A stretch of 63,819 bases of DNA, the filler included, from Octopus bimaculoides (taxonomy: Eukaryota): NCBI RefSeq assembly GCF_001194135.2. It is 11 parts of 11 records of this genome, joined end to end, with 100 filler letters (N's around TTAATTAATTAA, not from the genome) between each part and the next. Parts side by side here need not be neighbours in the genome. Positions count along the whole stretch, not along the records: positions 1 to 8,951 come from NC_069005.1; positions 9,052 to 16,878 come from NC_068991.1; 9 more parts are not named here. One strand, 5' to 3'. The notes beneath the pieces were generated by a model. That model did no database searches. It had not been told where the DNA came from and was given only the letters and a program-made list of their open reading frames with translations. This document shows positions 1-13,982 of this stretch, piece after piece. Position numbers and translations under genes: made by a program. Numbering within the stretch: position 1 is the first letter of the stretch; the number at the start of each line of letters is the position of its first letter.

Positions 1-24
1 CGGCGTGCTAACGTTTCTTCTTTC

Positions 25-250
25 GTTACTGCCCACAAGGGGCTACACACAGAGGGGACAAACAAGGACAGACAAACGGATTAAGTCGATTATATCGTCC
101 CCAGTGCGTAACTGGTACTTATTTAAATCGACCCCGAAAGGATGAAAGGCAAAGTCGACCTCGGCGGAATTTGAACTCAGAACGTAGCGGCAGACGTAAT
201 ACCGCTAAGCACTTCGCCCGGCGTGCTAACGGTTCTGCCAGCTCACCGCC
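25..250 (-). mobile_element. SINE family A, tail type 1
   Basis: Head aaggcggtgagctggcag, B box gttcaaat, core gcctttcatcctttcggggtcg. Confidence 0.85.
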
Positions 251-685
251 TTCTTTCAGTTTCTATCTACTCACAAGACTTTGGTTGGCCCGAGCTTATT
301 GTGGAAGACACTTGCCCAAATGTGCAATACAGTGGGACTCAACCATGTGGGACCCAACCATGTGGTTGGGAAGTAAACTTCTTACTGCACTCCCACGCCC
401 GCGCCTATTAGTAGACATGTTTTTATTGCTTTAGTTGTTGTTGTTGTCGATGTTATTGTTTCTATTGTTGTTGTTGTTGGAATAACGTGTAGGAGTTGTT
501 GGTGGGATGGTGATGTTAGCACCACCAAATTAAAAGCGAAATTTCTGTGATAAAAATCGATCCCAATAAGAGAGAAAATAAAATTCTCTCTGGAGAGTAC
601 ATACATGGAGCCTGAATATGTGTGGCCACATGTGTGTGACTATATAACTGTATGACTATGTAACTGCTTCTGCCGATGATGCTAC

Positions 686-738
<53 letters not shown>

Positions 739-1214
739 TTAACGTTTGTTATTGTTCGTGTACGACTGTGGTTGATATTTTGTTAAAAATTGGATTTATT
801 TCCGCGTGGCTATGTGGAGGTGTCAGGATTCTATGCATATATATGTGTGTATATGTGTGTGCATGTGTGTGCTGCTGTTGTTGCTGCTGTTGTTGCTGCT
901 GCTGCTGCTGCTACTGCCGTTAGTGTTGTTATTGTTGTGGTTGCTGTTGTAGTTCGAAAAGGTTCTGGTGAGACATTCTGCTAGAATGTAAACTTCCTTT
1001 CTGATTACGTTTGCTTATGAGGTGATGTGTGTGTGTGCGTGCGTGCGTGCATGCGTGTATGTATATGTATAATGAATAGATGTACTTGATGCTGTTATTG
1101 TTGTTGCTGCTACTGTTGTTGGTTTTTGTAGTAGTAGTGTTGTTGTTGCTGCTGTCCTTGTTGTTATTGTGTGGTGGTGGTGGTGGTGGTGGTGCCGGTT
1201 TTGAAAGAATAACA

Positions 1215-1400
1215 GTGTAAAGTAAATAAAGCGAAACTACCACTCTCAGAATACCCGTCTGTCTTCACAACGTACCCTACTCTCCATTTCCCCTTTTTAC
1301 TAATTATTATTGTTGTTGTTGTTGTGTAAAGTAAATAAAGCGAAACCACGACTCTCAGGGTACCCTCTCTCTCATTACACCGTACCCTACTCTCCATTTC
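1215..1400. repeat. Imperfect direct duplication, about 76-bp units at 1215-1290 and 1324-1400
   Basis: Both units read gtgtaaagtaaataaagcgaaac...cgtaccctactctccatttc. Confidence 0.85.
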
Positions 1401-1584
1401 TGCTTTGACTAATTAACTGCCGAAACACTAATGAGTTTGCGCCAACGAACCTATTGGTTTTGTGGCTTCGTGTTCGATTCCTGTTTTTATTGATAAGAAT
1501 TCTTAAAGAAGTCGGAATTTAAATGGTGAGTTTATTTAACTGCTGAGGTCCAGCCCTGATGTCGTGTTACCTGTTCTTTGTTTT

Positions 1585-2002
1585 TAATTGTTTCAGTCAT
1601 TTAACTGCGGCCATGCTGGGGCACCGCCTTGAAATTATAGTCGAATGAACAAACACTAGTATCTTCCTCTTAAGCTTGGTAATTATTCTATCGGTTTCTT
1701 TTGCCGAACCTCTATGTTACGAGGAATCAAATACACCAACACTGGTTGTTAAGTGATAGTGGAGCACTAACACAGAAACAAATGCACATATACACACACT
1801 CACGTAAACACACACACACACACACACAAACACACATAAATATAGAACGGGCTTCTTTCAATTTCTATCAACCAAATCCATTAACAAGGCCTTGGTCGGC
1901 CCAAGGCTATAATAGAAGACACTTGCCCAAAGTACCACGCTTTAGGACTGAACCCGGAACCATGTGGTTGGGAGGCAAGCTTCTTACCACACAACCACGC
2001 CT
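1585..2002 (-). mobile_element. SINE family B, full length, with internal microsatellite
   Basis: tRNA-like head, ttgggcaagtgtcttct block, internal (TG)n, conserved 3' half ending gactgaaacaa. Confidence 0.85.
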
Positions 2003-3628
2003 AAAAAAAATATGAACAGCCTTAATCTGTTAATGAAAGTTATTGGATTCCCGTCAGGGGTGTCTTCATCATTTTGACCAATCCCAAAGAGTTTGAGTAA
2101 AAACCGTAAAGCAGGTTTTTCCGACGCTCTAACAACTTTACCAGCTCACCGCCTTTCACTTTGTTAAACTTTCGTTATTTCGTCCTCTGTTTTATGACTT
2201 TAACTCTGAGTATTTATCCCTTAATAAAACATCAATAAAACATTCCTTAATAAGACGTTAAACACTGATCCTCGGCTCCCATTTTATGACGATACTAATA
2301 TAATGGAGGTAAGGGTTTGTAGCTAACATCTTTCACATGATGTTAGGATTATGTTAAGAGTTACGATGTCACTCCATTTCAAAACTTCTAACGAATGTAT
2401 TTAATCTCCTTTTCAAGATGTTAAAAGATGTTAAATGTTCTTATTTAATTGCTTTTGTTTCTATGGCGTTAAGAGGCCGGAATATAAATGTCATCCTGTG
2501 GTCTATCACGTGTGATGGCAACTACCATAAAAATTGGGCATAAAGGTGCAGTCGTGGCTTTGTACAACACGCGTGGCTTTGTGGTAAGAAGTCGGCTTCC
2601 CAACGAGTGGTGCCGGGCTCAGTAGCAACTTAGATAAGTGTCTTCTACCAAAAGCTCGGGCCAACTAAAGTCTTGTGAGAGAATTTGGTAGACAGAAACT
2701 GAAAGAACTCTGTCGTATATATATATATATATATATATATATATNNNNNNNNNNNNNNNNNNNNCTCTGTCGTATATATATATATATATATATATATATA
2801 ATGTGTATTTCATTCAAAATGGAAACTGACACCATTCCTTCATGTGATTGGCTTGAAAAATTTTTATGGTATCAAGAATTTTTTCTCAACATGAAACCAA
2901 CGATACACAAATGAAGAAATTTTATCCAGCAATGCGGACATTCTCGTTGTTCGACGTTTACGTATGTATGTATGTATGTATGTATGTATGTATGTATGTA
3001 TGTATGTATGTATGTATGTATGTATGTATGTATGTATGCAAGCATGCATACATGCATGGCTGTATGTATAAATATATGTATGTATCCATGTATGTATGTA
3101 TGTATTTCTGTTTGTGTTTGTCCCCCACCACCGTTTGGCAACCGGTGTTGGTGTGTTTATATCCCTGTAACTTAGCCGTTCGACCTAAGAGTTCGATAGA
3201 ATAAATACCACGCTTAAAGAAAATAAGTATTGGCATCGATCCATTCGACTAAAAAAAATCTTCAAGGCGGTACCCCAGCATGGCCACATTCTAATGACTG
3301 AAACAAGTAATAAACAAAAGATAAAAACTATACAACAAAACGTTTCGTATTGGTTAACCAATCAGAATCGCGCAAGCGATAAACCTATCCTCTCAGTTAC
3401 AACCTACCACCTATGGATATCCGCCAAATGTCAAGCAAATTATATTCTACCGTCTCAGGAGGTGAAGGGCTTATAATAATTGGATAAGGAGGTCCGGGGT
3501 ATATTACAACTGAAGCAATAGATGTGATGGTCACGGTTAGAACATACTTCAATATAAGTCGGTACTAGACTAGGGCTGAATAGCAGCATATAAAGAGCAT
3601 GGAGAGTAGTAGTAGCAGGAGCAGCAAA

Positions 3629-3688
<60 letters not shown>

Positions 3689-4274
3689 TACTAACTACAG
3701 TTGGAGAATCGATATTTAACTGTAAAAACATAAGTCATATGAAAAACAAAGTCAATATCAAAAACAACTAACAAAAAAAAACCGATAATCATAAACAAAT
3801 AAAAATTTTCACAATTTTGTTTCTTAATTTCAATTGTGAAAGAAATTCATGCAAACATATAAAATAATAATAATAATAAAACAACACAAATCAAAATAAT
3901 AAAATAAAATGTAAAACGAAGTAAAAGTTAATTAAAAATCGCGAAAAACAGAGAAGGTAAAAACGCAAATAGCTTTGAAAAATAAGAATAAATTTAAACA
4001 TAAAAGTATAAATAAAAATTATAAAAAAGGTAAAAACATGTAAAAATGCAGAAAGAAGAAAAACCTAAAAATACAAAAACAAATAAAAGTAAAGACGTCA
4101 AAACGTAAATAAGATGTAAATATATTCAAAAAATGGAGACGTTATTTTTTTTTTCTCTTTCCATTGTTCGCAGCATAAAATAAAATGTCTATTACAGGGA
4201 AATTGCATACATAAATCACTACACACATAAAAATATACATACATACAGTCTCACACACACTCTCTCTCTCTCTA

Positions 4275-4309
<35 letters not shown>

Positions 4310-4319
4310 NNNNNNNNNN

Positions 4320-4366
<47 letters not shown>

Positions 4367-4835
4367 ATACACAGACAAACAGAAACACACATATATGTGT
4401 AGAAAATCATGAACGCAAGTGAATAGCAGTGAAATTCGGGTAAAAATACCTCAATAGAGGGAAGAAGCGGTCAGCAACCTCTACATGGATTCTGACTCTG
4501 TTCCCTTCAATGTATACATACATACATACATACATACATACATACATACATACATACATACAGTGCTACGCAATTAATGGAATTAATGTCCCCACACTAT
4601 CCATTTGTAATAACAAAATATGAACTCCTACCGGAATTTCCATACCATGGACAAGAAGCATTTCTACCCTTTCTACACAGCACATTCCTTGGATAATGGA
4701 ACTGCAGCTGTAACATCCAACATATATTTCTATTTTTATTCACTTATTTCGCTTTATACTTCCTGTATCTCTCCCTTTCCAAAATAACTTCTTATATTAA
4801 CTCTACTATTTCCTTCTACTTAACTCTCTCATATC

Positions 4836-4883
4836 GTCTCTGATGAAGGGATATCCCTAATATCCCTGAAACAGCTGTAAGAC
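4836..4883 (+). ncRNA. Minimal type I hammerhead ribozyme motif (Penelope-type)
   Basis: gtct-CTGATGA-agggata(tccctaa)tatccct-GAAAC-agct-GTA-agac: intact core, 7-bp stem II, palindromic stem III loop, 4-bp stem I. Confidence 0.75.
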
Positions 4884-5297
4884 TACCTTTCTCTTTATAA
4901 ACGTCCTGGAAATTCACACTGCCTTGGCTTTGTTGTCTCATTTTCTTTAACATATATATGCATGCACACACACAATATATATATTTATTTATTTATATAT
5001 GTATGTATGAATGTACGTATGAATGTGTGAATGTATGTATGTATGTATGTATGCATGCATGTATGTATGTATGCATGTATGAATGTATGAATGGGTGGTG
5101 TATGTATGAATATATGAATGTATGTATACATAAATGTATGTATGTACGAATGTATGTGTATATGTATGTATGAATGCATTTGTATGTATGTGTGTGTCTT
5201 TATATATGTATGTATATTTATATGTAAATATGTGTGTGTATCATTCAATGTATCTACCTATCTTTCTATCCATCTTTCTCTGTATGTATGCATGATG

Positions 5298-5367
<70 letters not shown>

Positions 5368-8300
5368 TACGATATGTGCGTGTATAAGAGCATATAAGAA
5401 ATGTGTATATATTACTATATATCAATCTTTATATATACACATATGCATGTACACATATGAACACATTCGTGCGCATATATATATATATACTCTGTGCACA
5501 TACACACACACACACATTTATACTCACACATACACACACGTACACACATGTATGCAATAATTATATTTCACATAAATTTCCGTGAAATGTTGTCAGTTAT
5601 AAAATGAGATCAGTGGGTTGTTGGTCACTCAGTGTTTTCCTAATTAACTGTCGTTGGAAATAGCTTTTAGTTGTTCTTGCCAGTTATTTGGCTGCCCCTG
5701 TTATTATTCTCAACATCGATGTAATTGCTGTTGCTGCTGTTTGCTGCTGCTGCTGCTGCTGCTGTTTGCTGCCTCCACTGCTGCTACCGCTGCTGTTGTC
5801 TTTGTTGCCATTTCTGTTCGCTGTTGCGGCTGCTGATGTTGCTTTCGCTGTCGGTTTTTTCGCGATTATTGCTGCTGTTCAATTCGTTTTAATTATTGTT
5901 GCTGTTGGTACCTTAACATTGGTTTTGCTGCTCCTGCTACACATTCTCTTGCAGTTGTTCTGCTTAGTTGCTGCTGTTGCTACTACTGTTGATATTGTTG
6001 TTGTTGTTGTTGTTGTTGTACACACCTCCCCTCCGACCCCCCCCTCGATCATTTCGAATATAAATTAATGATTTAAGTACTGAATATCTCTATTATTTTA
6101 TGTGTTGTCGTCCTCACCGTTGTCGTTNNNNNNNNNNNNNNNNNNNNNNNNNNNNNNNNNNNNNNNNNNNNNNNNNNNNNNNNNNNNNNNNNNNNNNNNN
6201 NNNNNNNNNNNNNNNNNNNNNNNNNNNNNNNNNNNNNNNNNNNNNNNNNNNNNNNNNNNNNNNNNNNNNNNNNNNNNNNNNNNNNNNNNNNNNNNNNNNN
6301 NNNNNNNNNNNNNNNNNNNNNNNNNNNNNNNNNNNNNNNNNNNNNNNNNNNNNNNNNNNNNNNNNNNNNNNNNNNNNNNNNNNNNNNNNNNNNNNNNNNN
6401 NNNNNNNNNNNNNNNNNNNNNNNNNNNNNNNNNNNNNNNNNNNNNNNNNNNNNNNNNNNNNNNNNNNNNNNNNNNNNNNNNNNNNNNNNNNNNNNNNNNN
6501 NNNNNNNNNNNNNNNNNNNNNNNNNNNNNNNNNNNNNNNNNNNNNNNNNNNNNNNNNNNNNNNNNNNNNNNNNNNNNNNNNNNNNNNNNNNNNNNNNNNN
6601 NNNNNNNNNNNNNNNNNNNNNNNNNNNNNNNNNNNNNNNNNNNNNNNNNNNGGTGGTGGCGGCGGCGGTGGTATTGGTGGTTATGGAGGTGGTGGTGGCG
6701 GCGGTGGCGGTGGTATTTGTGGTGGTGGTGCTTGCGATGGTGTTGCTTGTTGTTGTAGAGGCGTTGTTTTTGCTGTTGTTGTTTTTCTTCGTGTTACTTT
6801 TGGGTTCTGTTCCCCCTTCTGAATGTAAAGATCTGTGATCGAAAGTATTCCTGCCACGGCCATTCCGACTTTAGCTGGGTGTCATTGATGAGGGATTCGG
6901 TTCCTATTTCAGACAAATCAGTCCTTCCCTCGTTCCATGGAAAATCAAATGCGATTCAACAAAAGGCCCTCTATGTGGTTGCTTGACTTGCTAGAAAGTG
7001 TAGACTTAATCTCCCTTACATCACACCCTTCTATTTTGACTAAGCATTATTAGATATCGTATGACTGAAACATAACTGGTATGTCTTTGCCATTAGGTCT
7101 ACACAACCTGGAATGGCACAGGTCTAAACAATTACAATAACATGTTGGGCCGGCGATGTTGGGGAATTATCGGGGATGTAAAACTGGAGGAAATTGGTTG
7201 AAAAAGCAGATTGAAAAAGAGCATTAGATCTTAAATTTTGAAAAGAAAAGATCAGGTGGCTCACGCTGGGAACACTTTTGATCATTGGTCAGTTTGACCA
7301 GAGTTGGTCTGAAATAAACAACAAAAACAACCACAACAGAGGAATAGTTATTCCGCTTCATATAAAGGGGCGAGTTGGCAGAGTTGTTACAGCATTTCGT
7401 CCGTCATTACGTTCAGAGTTCAAAATTCCTCCGGGATCGACTTTGTCTTTCATATTTTCAAAGTCGATAAATCAAGTACCAGCTGAGTACTTGTTTTATC
7501 TGGAGGTCGATGTAGTCGATTTAGCGTCTCTAGCCAGAATTACTGGCCTTGTGCCAAAATAGAAAGGATTATTTAATGTGTCATAGCTTTAATTCAGACA
7601 TAGAGTATCTAAGACTAAACTGTCCAATGTGAGGTATCATTTATTCACACAAGAGTATCTAGGACTAACTTATTTAACGCATCCTTCTTTTATTAGGGTT
7701 GTAATTTGACCAAGAACCAGCTGCTATTATTAGTGGAGTGAATGGTGTAGTAAGCAAATTTTGATGTGGATCCTTTAGTAGCAGGAGATGGCGGATTCTA
7801 TTTGGGATTTGATTGTTGAGAGCAGTTTGTATTGGTCAACGTTGATCAAGCTTAGCTCTGAGATAAGATATTTCAATTGTGACCAACTTTCTTTTCAGAT
7901 ATAGTTTATATGAAGCCACACTATATAAAAAGAATGTTTTATTTCGGTAAAAGCAAAATTATAAAGTAAAAGGTTATGAGAGAGATTTTCTTGCTGTTAC
8001 TAGCAGGTTGGTCAATGCCGTAGAAGCGCTTGAATGCCTAGAGTGATTGAGATTGAAATTGGCGGACATCGACGAATGTTCATTAAAAGACGGAAAATTC
8101 CGAACGCTCGGTTGACTCATTCAAATTGTTATCCACTCCAACAGCCCTTTCAACCATCTTTAATTCAATCATGTTATTACAAACATGTGGAATGGCAAAG
8201 CTGTTGCTGAGATAGCAAAGGATTGTGGGATAGAAATCCTATTATCGCACTAGCTAAGGATTATGGGCTTGCGAAGCAGTTGTTAGTGATTAAAATGGAA

Positions 8301-8620
8301 ACCAACGGTGATTTAATTAAATATTTATATGAAATTCGCTTTATCAATATTTGCAACAAACTGGTGTCGTTTGCTAATTAATAACTATAAAATTTGTAAA
8401 TCTAATGATGACAAGTTTGCATTGAACACAAATACACAGGAGATAGAAAGAGAGAGAGAGAGAGGGGGGAGAGGGAGAGGAAACGGAGATAACAAGATAG
8501 AACACATGATATTGTTTACAGCGACACTTGCGAGCTGGGGAAAACCCTTAATAAAGGAAAGATTAATAACAGAGATTAATAACACATATACGCACACAAC
8601 ACACAACCGCAGGAACACGC

Positions 8621-8656
<36 letters not shown>

Positions 8657-8995
8657 ATACACATATAGATATATAGATACAAATATTCTTTTACTTGTTT
8701 CAGTAATTCACTGTGGCCGTGCTGGAGCAGCGCCTTTAGTCGAGCAAATCGACCCCAGGGACTTATTCTTTGTAAGCCTAATGCTTATTCTATCGGCCTC
8801 TTTTGTCGAGCCCCTAAGTTACGGGGACGTAGACACAGCAACATCTGTTGTCAAGCGATGTTGGGGGCGGGGACAAACACAGATAAACATACATATACAC
8901 ACACATACATGCATATATATATATTCAGACATACACACACATACATGCATANNNNNNNNNNNNNNNNNNNNNNNNNNNNNNNNNNNNNNNNNNNN

Positions 8996-9007
8996 TTAAT
9001 TAATTAA
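8996..9007. other. Artificial scaffold linker TTAATTAATTAA between N runs (first of ten)
   Basis: Identical 12-mer with about 44 N on each side; also at 16923, 25901, 40224, 44120, 50329, 53978, 56539, 58489 and 61399. Confidence 0.95.
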
Positions 9008-9051
9008 NNNNNNNNNNNNNNNNNNNNNNNNNNNNNNNNNNNNNNNNNNNN

Positions 9052-9085
<34 letters not shown>

Positions 9086-10375
9086 TTGTATATACACACA
9101 TATATATACACACGAGTGGACAAATGAAAGCAGGGGGCATCCTATGCATCATGTTAGTAGGGGTTGCATGTATTTTGCAATAACAGTTTGGCTCAGTTCT
9201 TTAATTCCTGGTGATATTGGCACATTCGATATGCCAAAGAAACTTTTGTGTCATATGGAGCTGACTCAAACTGTTATTAAAATGAATAAATAAATATATA
9301 TGTGTGCATGTATGTATGTATGTATGTATGTATGTATGTATGTATGTATGCATGTATGGGTGTATGTGTGTATATATGTGTGTGTATGTATGTATACGTG
9401 TGTATTTATGTATATATGTGTGTATGTATATATATGTGTGTATATGTAAGTGTGTGTGTGTGTATATATAGATATGTACATGTAATACACACATGCACAC
9501 AAATGCGTACACACAGTATATTTACTGGTGTATTATATCCTTATAGATATATATATCTATACAACTATGTAGCAGTCTATATCTATGCACGCTTGTATAT
9601 GTCTGTGTGTGTACACTTGCCTGTACACATGTGTCAATCTCTCTCACTCATTCTTTCTCTCTTTCTCTCTCTCCATATATATATATATATATATATATAT
9701 ATCTTGTCTGTATAGATGTGTATGATATCCATATATTTGTACTTGTATGTTTAGGCATATATTTATGAATGTGCTTATAAATATGTGTATCTGTGTGNNN
9801 NNNNNNNNNNNNNNNNNNNNNNNNNNNNNNNNNNNNNNNNNNNNNNNNNNNNNNNNNNNNNNNNNNNNNNNNNNNNNNNNNNNNNNNNNNNNNNNNNNNN
9901 NNNNNNNNNNNNNNNNNNNNNNNNNNNNNNNNNNNNNNNNNNNNNNNNNNNNNNNNNNNNNNNNNNNNNNNNNNNNNNNNNNNNNNNNNNNNNNNNNNNN
10001 NNNNNNNNNNNNNNNNNNNNNNNNNNNNNNNNNNNNNNNNNNNNNNNNNNNNNNNNNNNNNNNNNNNNNNNNNNNNNNNNNNNNNNNNNNNNTACACATA
10101 TGTACATATATGTTTATGTCTAAAACTATGTGCTTGTGAATATTGTGCATACTTATCACATTTCATTTCTATTTATTGTCGATATTAAAAATTTCATTTA
10201 ACTGCAACCTGTTTATATGCGCTGTAAGCGCCAAGCACAAATTACCATTTATACTTTACCCATTTCACTTCATAGTTATTGAGGAAGCAATACAAAGATA
10301 ACAGAATGTCTCAGAATAATGTTCTAAATGTTGATGACGATATGATAATAATGGTAATAATTAATAACAATAGCA

Positions 10376-10418
<43 letters not shown>

Positions 10419-11059
10419 TGACAACAAGGATGGCAGTAATAATAATAGCGATGGTAATAGGAATTACTGACATGATGATGATAGCATAAACTTTTGGTGT
10501 CGGCACCTCTTAAAGCGCTAATTAAGAGAAGTTCTGGAATATTCTGATTCTGTCTCCTAAAGAAATATAGATTTGTTGCAAGCATTTTAACCACAATTCA
10601 GTCTATAAATTATATTGATAGTTACATTATGCACGACCATTAGTATCATTCCTTTTATTTGTTAGCATTTCATTCCATCCAGCCATATTCATAACGGTGG
10701 AGGAAATGTTTTAGTTGATGGCAAGCTAATCACCTTGTATTTGTTGATCTACTCCAGATCATGCTACCTGCTTTCAGGTAGGTCATTTATCATTGCGGGT
10801 CTGTTCCGATTCAAATTCTCAACTCGAGGTTCTGTTTCCTCATATCTCAGCATGCTCACCACTGTCAATAAAGCTACATCCTGTAAATTTGCTTTGGTGT
10901 TCGAAGAGCACTGCTGGAATCCTCTTCACCCCCATCACTTCCTTGCAAAGTAAACATGTGTATATTTTCTAGTATCATTATGCAATTGTAGTTCTTAAGC
11001 TGGTTATATATATATGTGTGTGCGTGCACTCATACATTCATGCATACATACACACACAC

Positions 11060-11525
11060 TCATATATTCTGTGTGCTAAAAGTTTGCTTTCCAATCTCAT
11101 GGTTCTGTGTTTACTCCTACTGCATGGCTCTTTGAGCAAGAGCCTTCTAGTATAGCCTTGAGCTGATCAAAGCCTTGTAAGTGGATTTGGCTGACAGAGA
11201 CTGAACGAAGCTCGTCGTGTATATATATATATATATATNNNNNNNNNNNNNNNNNNNNNNNNNNNNNNNNNNNNNNNNNNNNNNNNNNNNNNNNNNNNNN
11301 NNNNNNNNNNNNNNNNATGTATGTGTGTATGTGTGTGTGTGTGTTTGTCTACCACCACTACTTGGCAACCGGCATCGGTGTGTTTATGTCCCCATAACAT
11401 TAGCATCGAAACAAGAGAGACTGACAGAATAAGTACCAGGCTTGCAAAAAAATATGTAGTACTGGGGATGATTTGTTTGCCTGCTCCAGCATGGCAACAG
11501 TCTAATGCCTGAAAGAAGTAAAAGA
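11060..11525 (+). mobile_element. SINE family B; internal microsatellite is an assembly gap
   Basis: Same layout as 1585-2002. Partial copies at about 251-408, 2544-2716, 3105-3325, 8688-8885, 22024-22325, 25714-25855, 29757-29930, 40672-40790, 43085-43250 and 54305-54510. Confidence 0.8.
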
Positions 11526-13950
11526 TGAAAGATATATGTGTGTGTGNNNNNNNNNNGTGTGTGTGTATGTATGTGTGTGTGTGTGTATGTATGTATAGGG
11601 CAAATTCCAAATTCCTGTGTTGACTAGAGAGTAGGATTTACTCTGTGTAAGGGCTTCCTTACTTTAAAACGCTTTCGATACAGGTATTGTTTGATTTTTA
11701 ACAGCTTTTCATTATCTGTTGCATACTGCAGCTGGTAAATGAAAAATGAAAACATTCAGTGAAAAATGTGCGTGTGTGTGTGGGTGGGTGGGGGTAGGAG
11801 TGTGCCTGTACAAACACATACACTCACACGCACATAGGGGGTGGGGAAAGTGAGAGAGAGAGAGAGATTTGTGTGCACATTGATACACACACACACACAT
11901 ATACATATACATATATACACACATATATATGCATATAACTTTATATTTGTGTGTGCAAGCACGTATATANNNNNNNNNNNNNNNNNNNNNNNNNNNNNNN
12001 NNNNNNNNNNNNNNNNNNNNNNNNNNNNNNNNNNNNNNNNNNNNNNNNNNNNNNNNNNNNNNNNNNNNNNNNNNNNNNNNNNNNNNNNNNNNNNNNNNNN
12101 NNNNNNNNNNNNNNNNNNNNNNNNNNNNNNNNNNNNNNNNNNNNNNNNNNNNNNNNNNNNNNNNNNNNNNNNNNNNNNNNNNNNNNNNNNNNNNNNNNNN
12201 NNNNNNNNNNNNNNNNNNNNNNNNNNNNNNNNNNNNNNNNNNNNNNNNNNNNNNNNNNNNNNNNNNNNNNNNNNNNNNNNNNNNNNNNNNNNNNNNNNNN
12301 NNNNNNNNNNNNNNNNNNNNNNNNNNNNNNNNNNNNNNNNNNNNNNNNNNNNNNNNNNNNNNNNNNNNNNNNNNNNNNNNNNNNNNNNNNNNNNNNNNNN
12401 NNNNNNNNNNNNNNNNNNNNNNNNNNNNNNNNNNNNNNNNNNNNNNNNNNNNNNNNNNNNNNNNNNNNNNNNNNNNNNNNNNNNNNNNNNNNNNNNNNNN
12501 NNNNNNNNNNNNNNNNNNNNNNNNNNNNNNNNNNNNNNNNNNNNNNNNNNNNNNNNNNNNNNNNNNNNNNNNNNNNNNNNNNNNNNNNNNNNNNNNNNNN
12601 NNNNNNNNNNNNNNNNNNNNNNNNNNNNNNNNNNNNNNNNNNNNNNNNNNNNNNNNNNNNNNNNNNNNNNNNNNNNNNNNNNNNNNNNNNNNNNNNNNNN
12701 NNNNNNNNNNNNNNNNNNNNNNNNNNNNNNNNNNNNNNNNNNNNNNNNNNNNNNNNNNNNNNNNNNNNNNNNNNNNNNNNNNNNNNNNNNNNNNNNNNNN
12801 NNNNNNNNNNNNNNNNNNNNNNNNNNNNNNNNNNNNNNNNNNNNNNNNNNNNNNNNNNNNNNNNNNNNNNNNNNNNNNNATATATATATATATATATATA
12901 TATACAGAGAGAGAGAGTGAGAGAGAGAATGTTGTAGAATAACTAGTTATACTCAATATACACATAACACGCAAAACATTAATGCTGTGTAAACAAATTC
13001 CTCTTATATGAACAATTCAGACATAATTTTGAAAGTCCAAAGATGACATGTTGTTTGATTGGCACAGCACACTGTGGACATTTTTGTTTAAGTTAGATTA
13101 TTATTACAGAACATCATTCTGTAAATGTTGGCGCTTTGGCCCTGACACTGAGATCATCATCCTTCATGTTCCATTTAAGTTGGTGCTGTTCAATAAAGTG
13201 TCAATACTAGCAAAGTGGGTGCTATTTCCAATCAATAACTTGAGAGAATATTTAAACATTTGCATTGTACTTCACATTTGTGATTTTAAATTCCGCATTC
13301 TGTTCATTTTAATGACTTGTAATAATAAATGAGCTGACTATCGTATCTAACAGAATGTAAAGAGTCATTGACACATTGTTTGTATAGAAACAAAGGCAAA
13401 TCTTCATTATAAGATTGTTGTACATATCTTTTAGCAGGATCATACTTTCTGAAAACATTATAACACAATTATGGAAAGACACCGAGTAAGATGTTTTACT
13501 GTCACCTGATCCGATGAGACTGTAAAGAAAATAATGTTTGTTTGATTTAAAATTCATTGTATTTTGGGGCCCCTTAGGAAAAATTTAACATTTATTTTTC
13601 TTGGAGCTTAGGGTCAAGAGAGCACAACCTCCACCAGTACTTGTGAAAATGCTCCTTTCATTATTTTAATACCAGTTGGCCTGAGACCGTCCCTGGCTCT
13701 GGTGTACAAACACTTGGTGTTTTAAAGTGATCCAACTCCCTCCCCCCCACTAAATCTTCCATCGAAATTTCATGTTAAGTTGTTCCAGACACCAGCATAA
13801 TGATGACAAAGTTATTTTCAAAATTAACTGAGATGCACATAATGTGTCTGGGTGGAAATATGATAATGAAAGAATTATCAATGAAAAGTTTACCAAATTT
13901 TTTATATAGAGTAAAAAAACCAAAAATATTTCAGTAGATGATGCAATGGT

Positions 13951-13982
<32 letters not shown>

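Noticed and set aside
3349-3362. Perfect 14-bp palindrome ATTGGTTAACCAAT (double CCAAT)
   Set aside because: Single short motif with no supporting promoter or gene context.
2864-5585. Many YI/HT/CV/MYVC repeat ORFs here and throughout
   Set aside because: Translations of microsatellites and N runs.
8005-8120. VEALECLE* and DIDECS peptides suggesting Ly6 or EGF domains
   Set aside because: Isolated short matches with stops; expected by chance.
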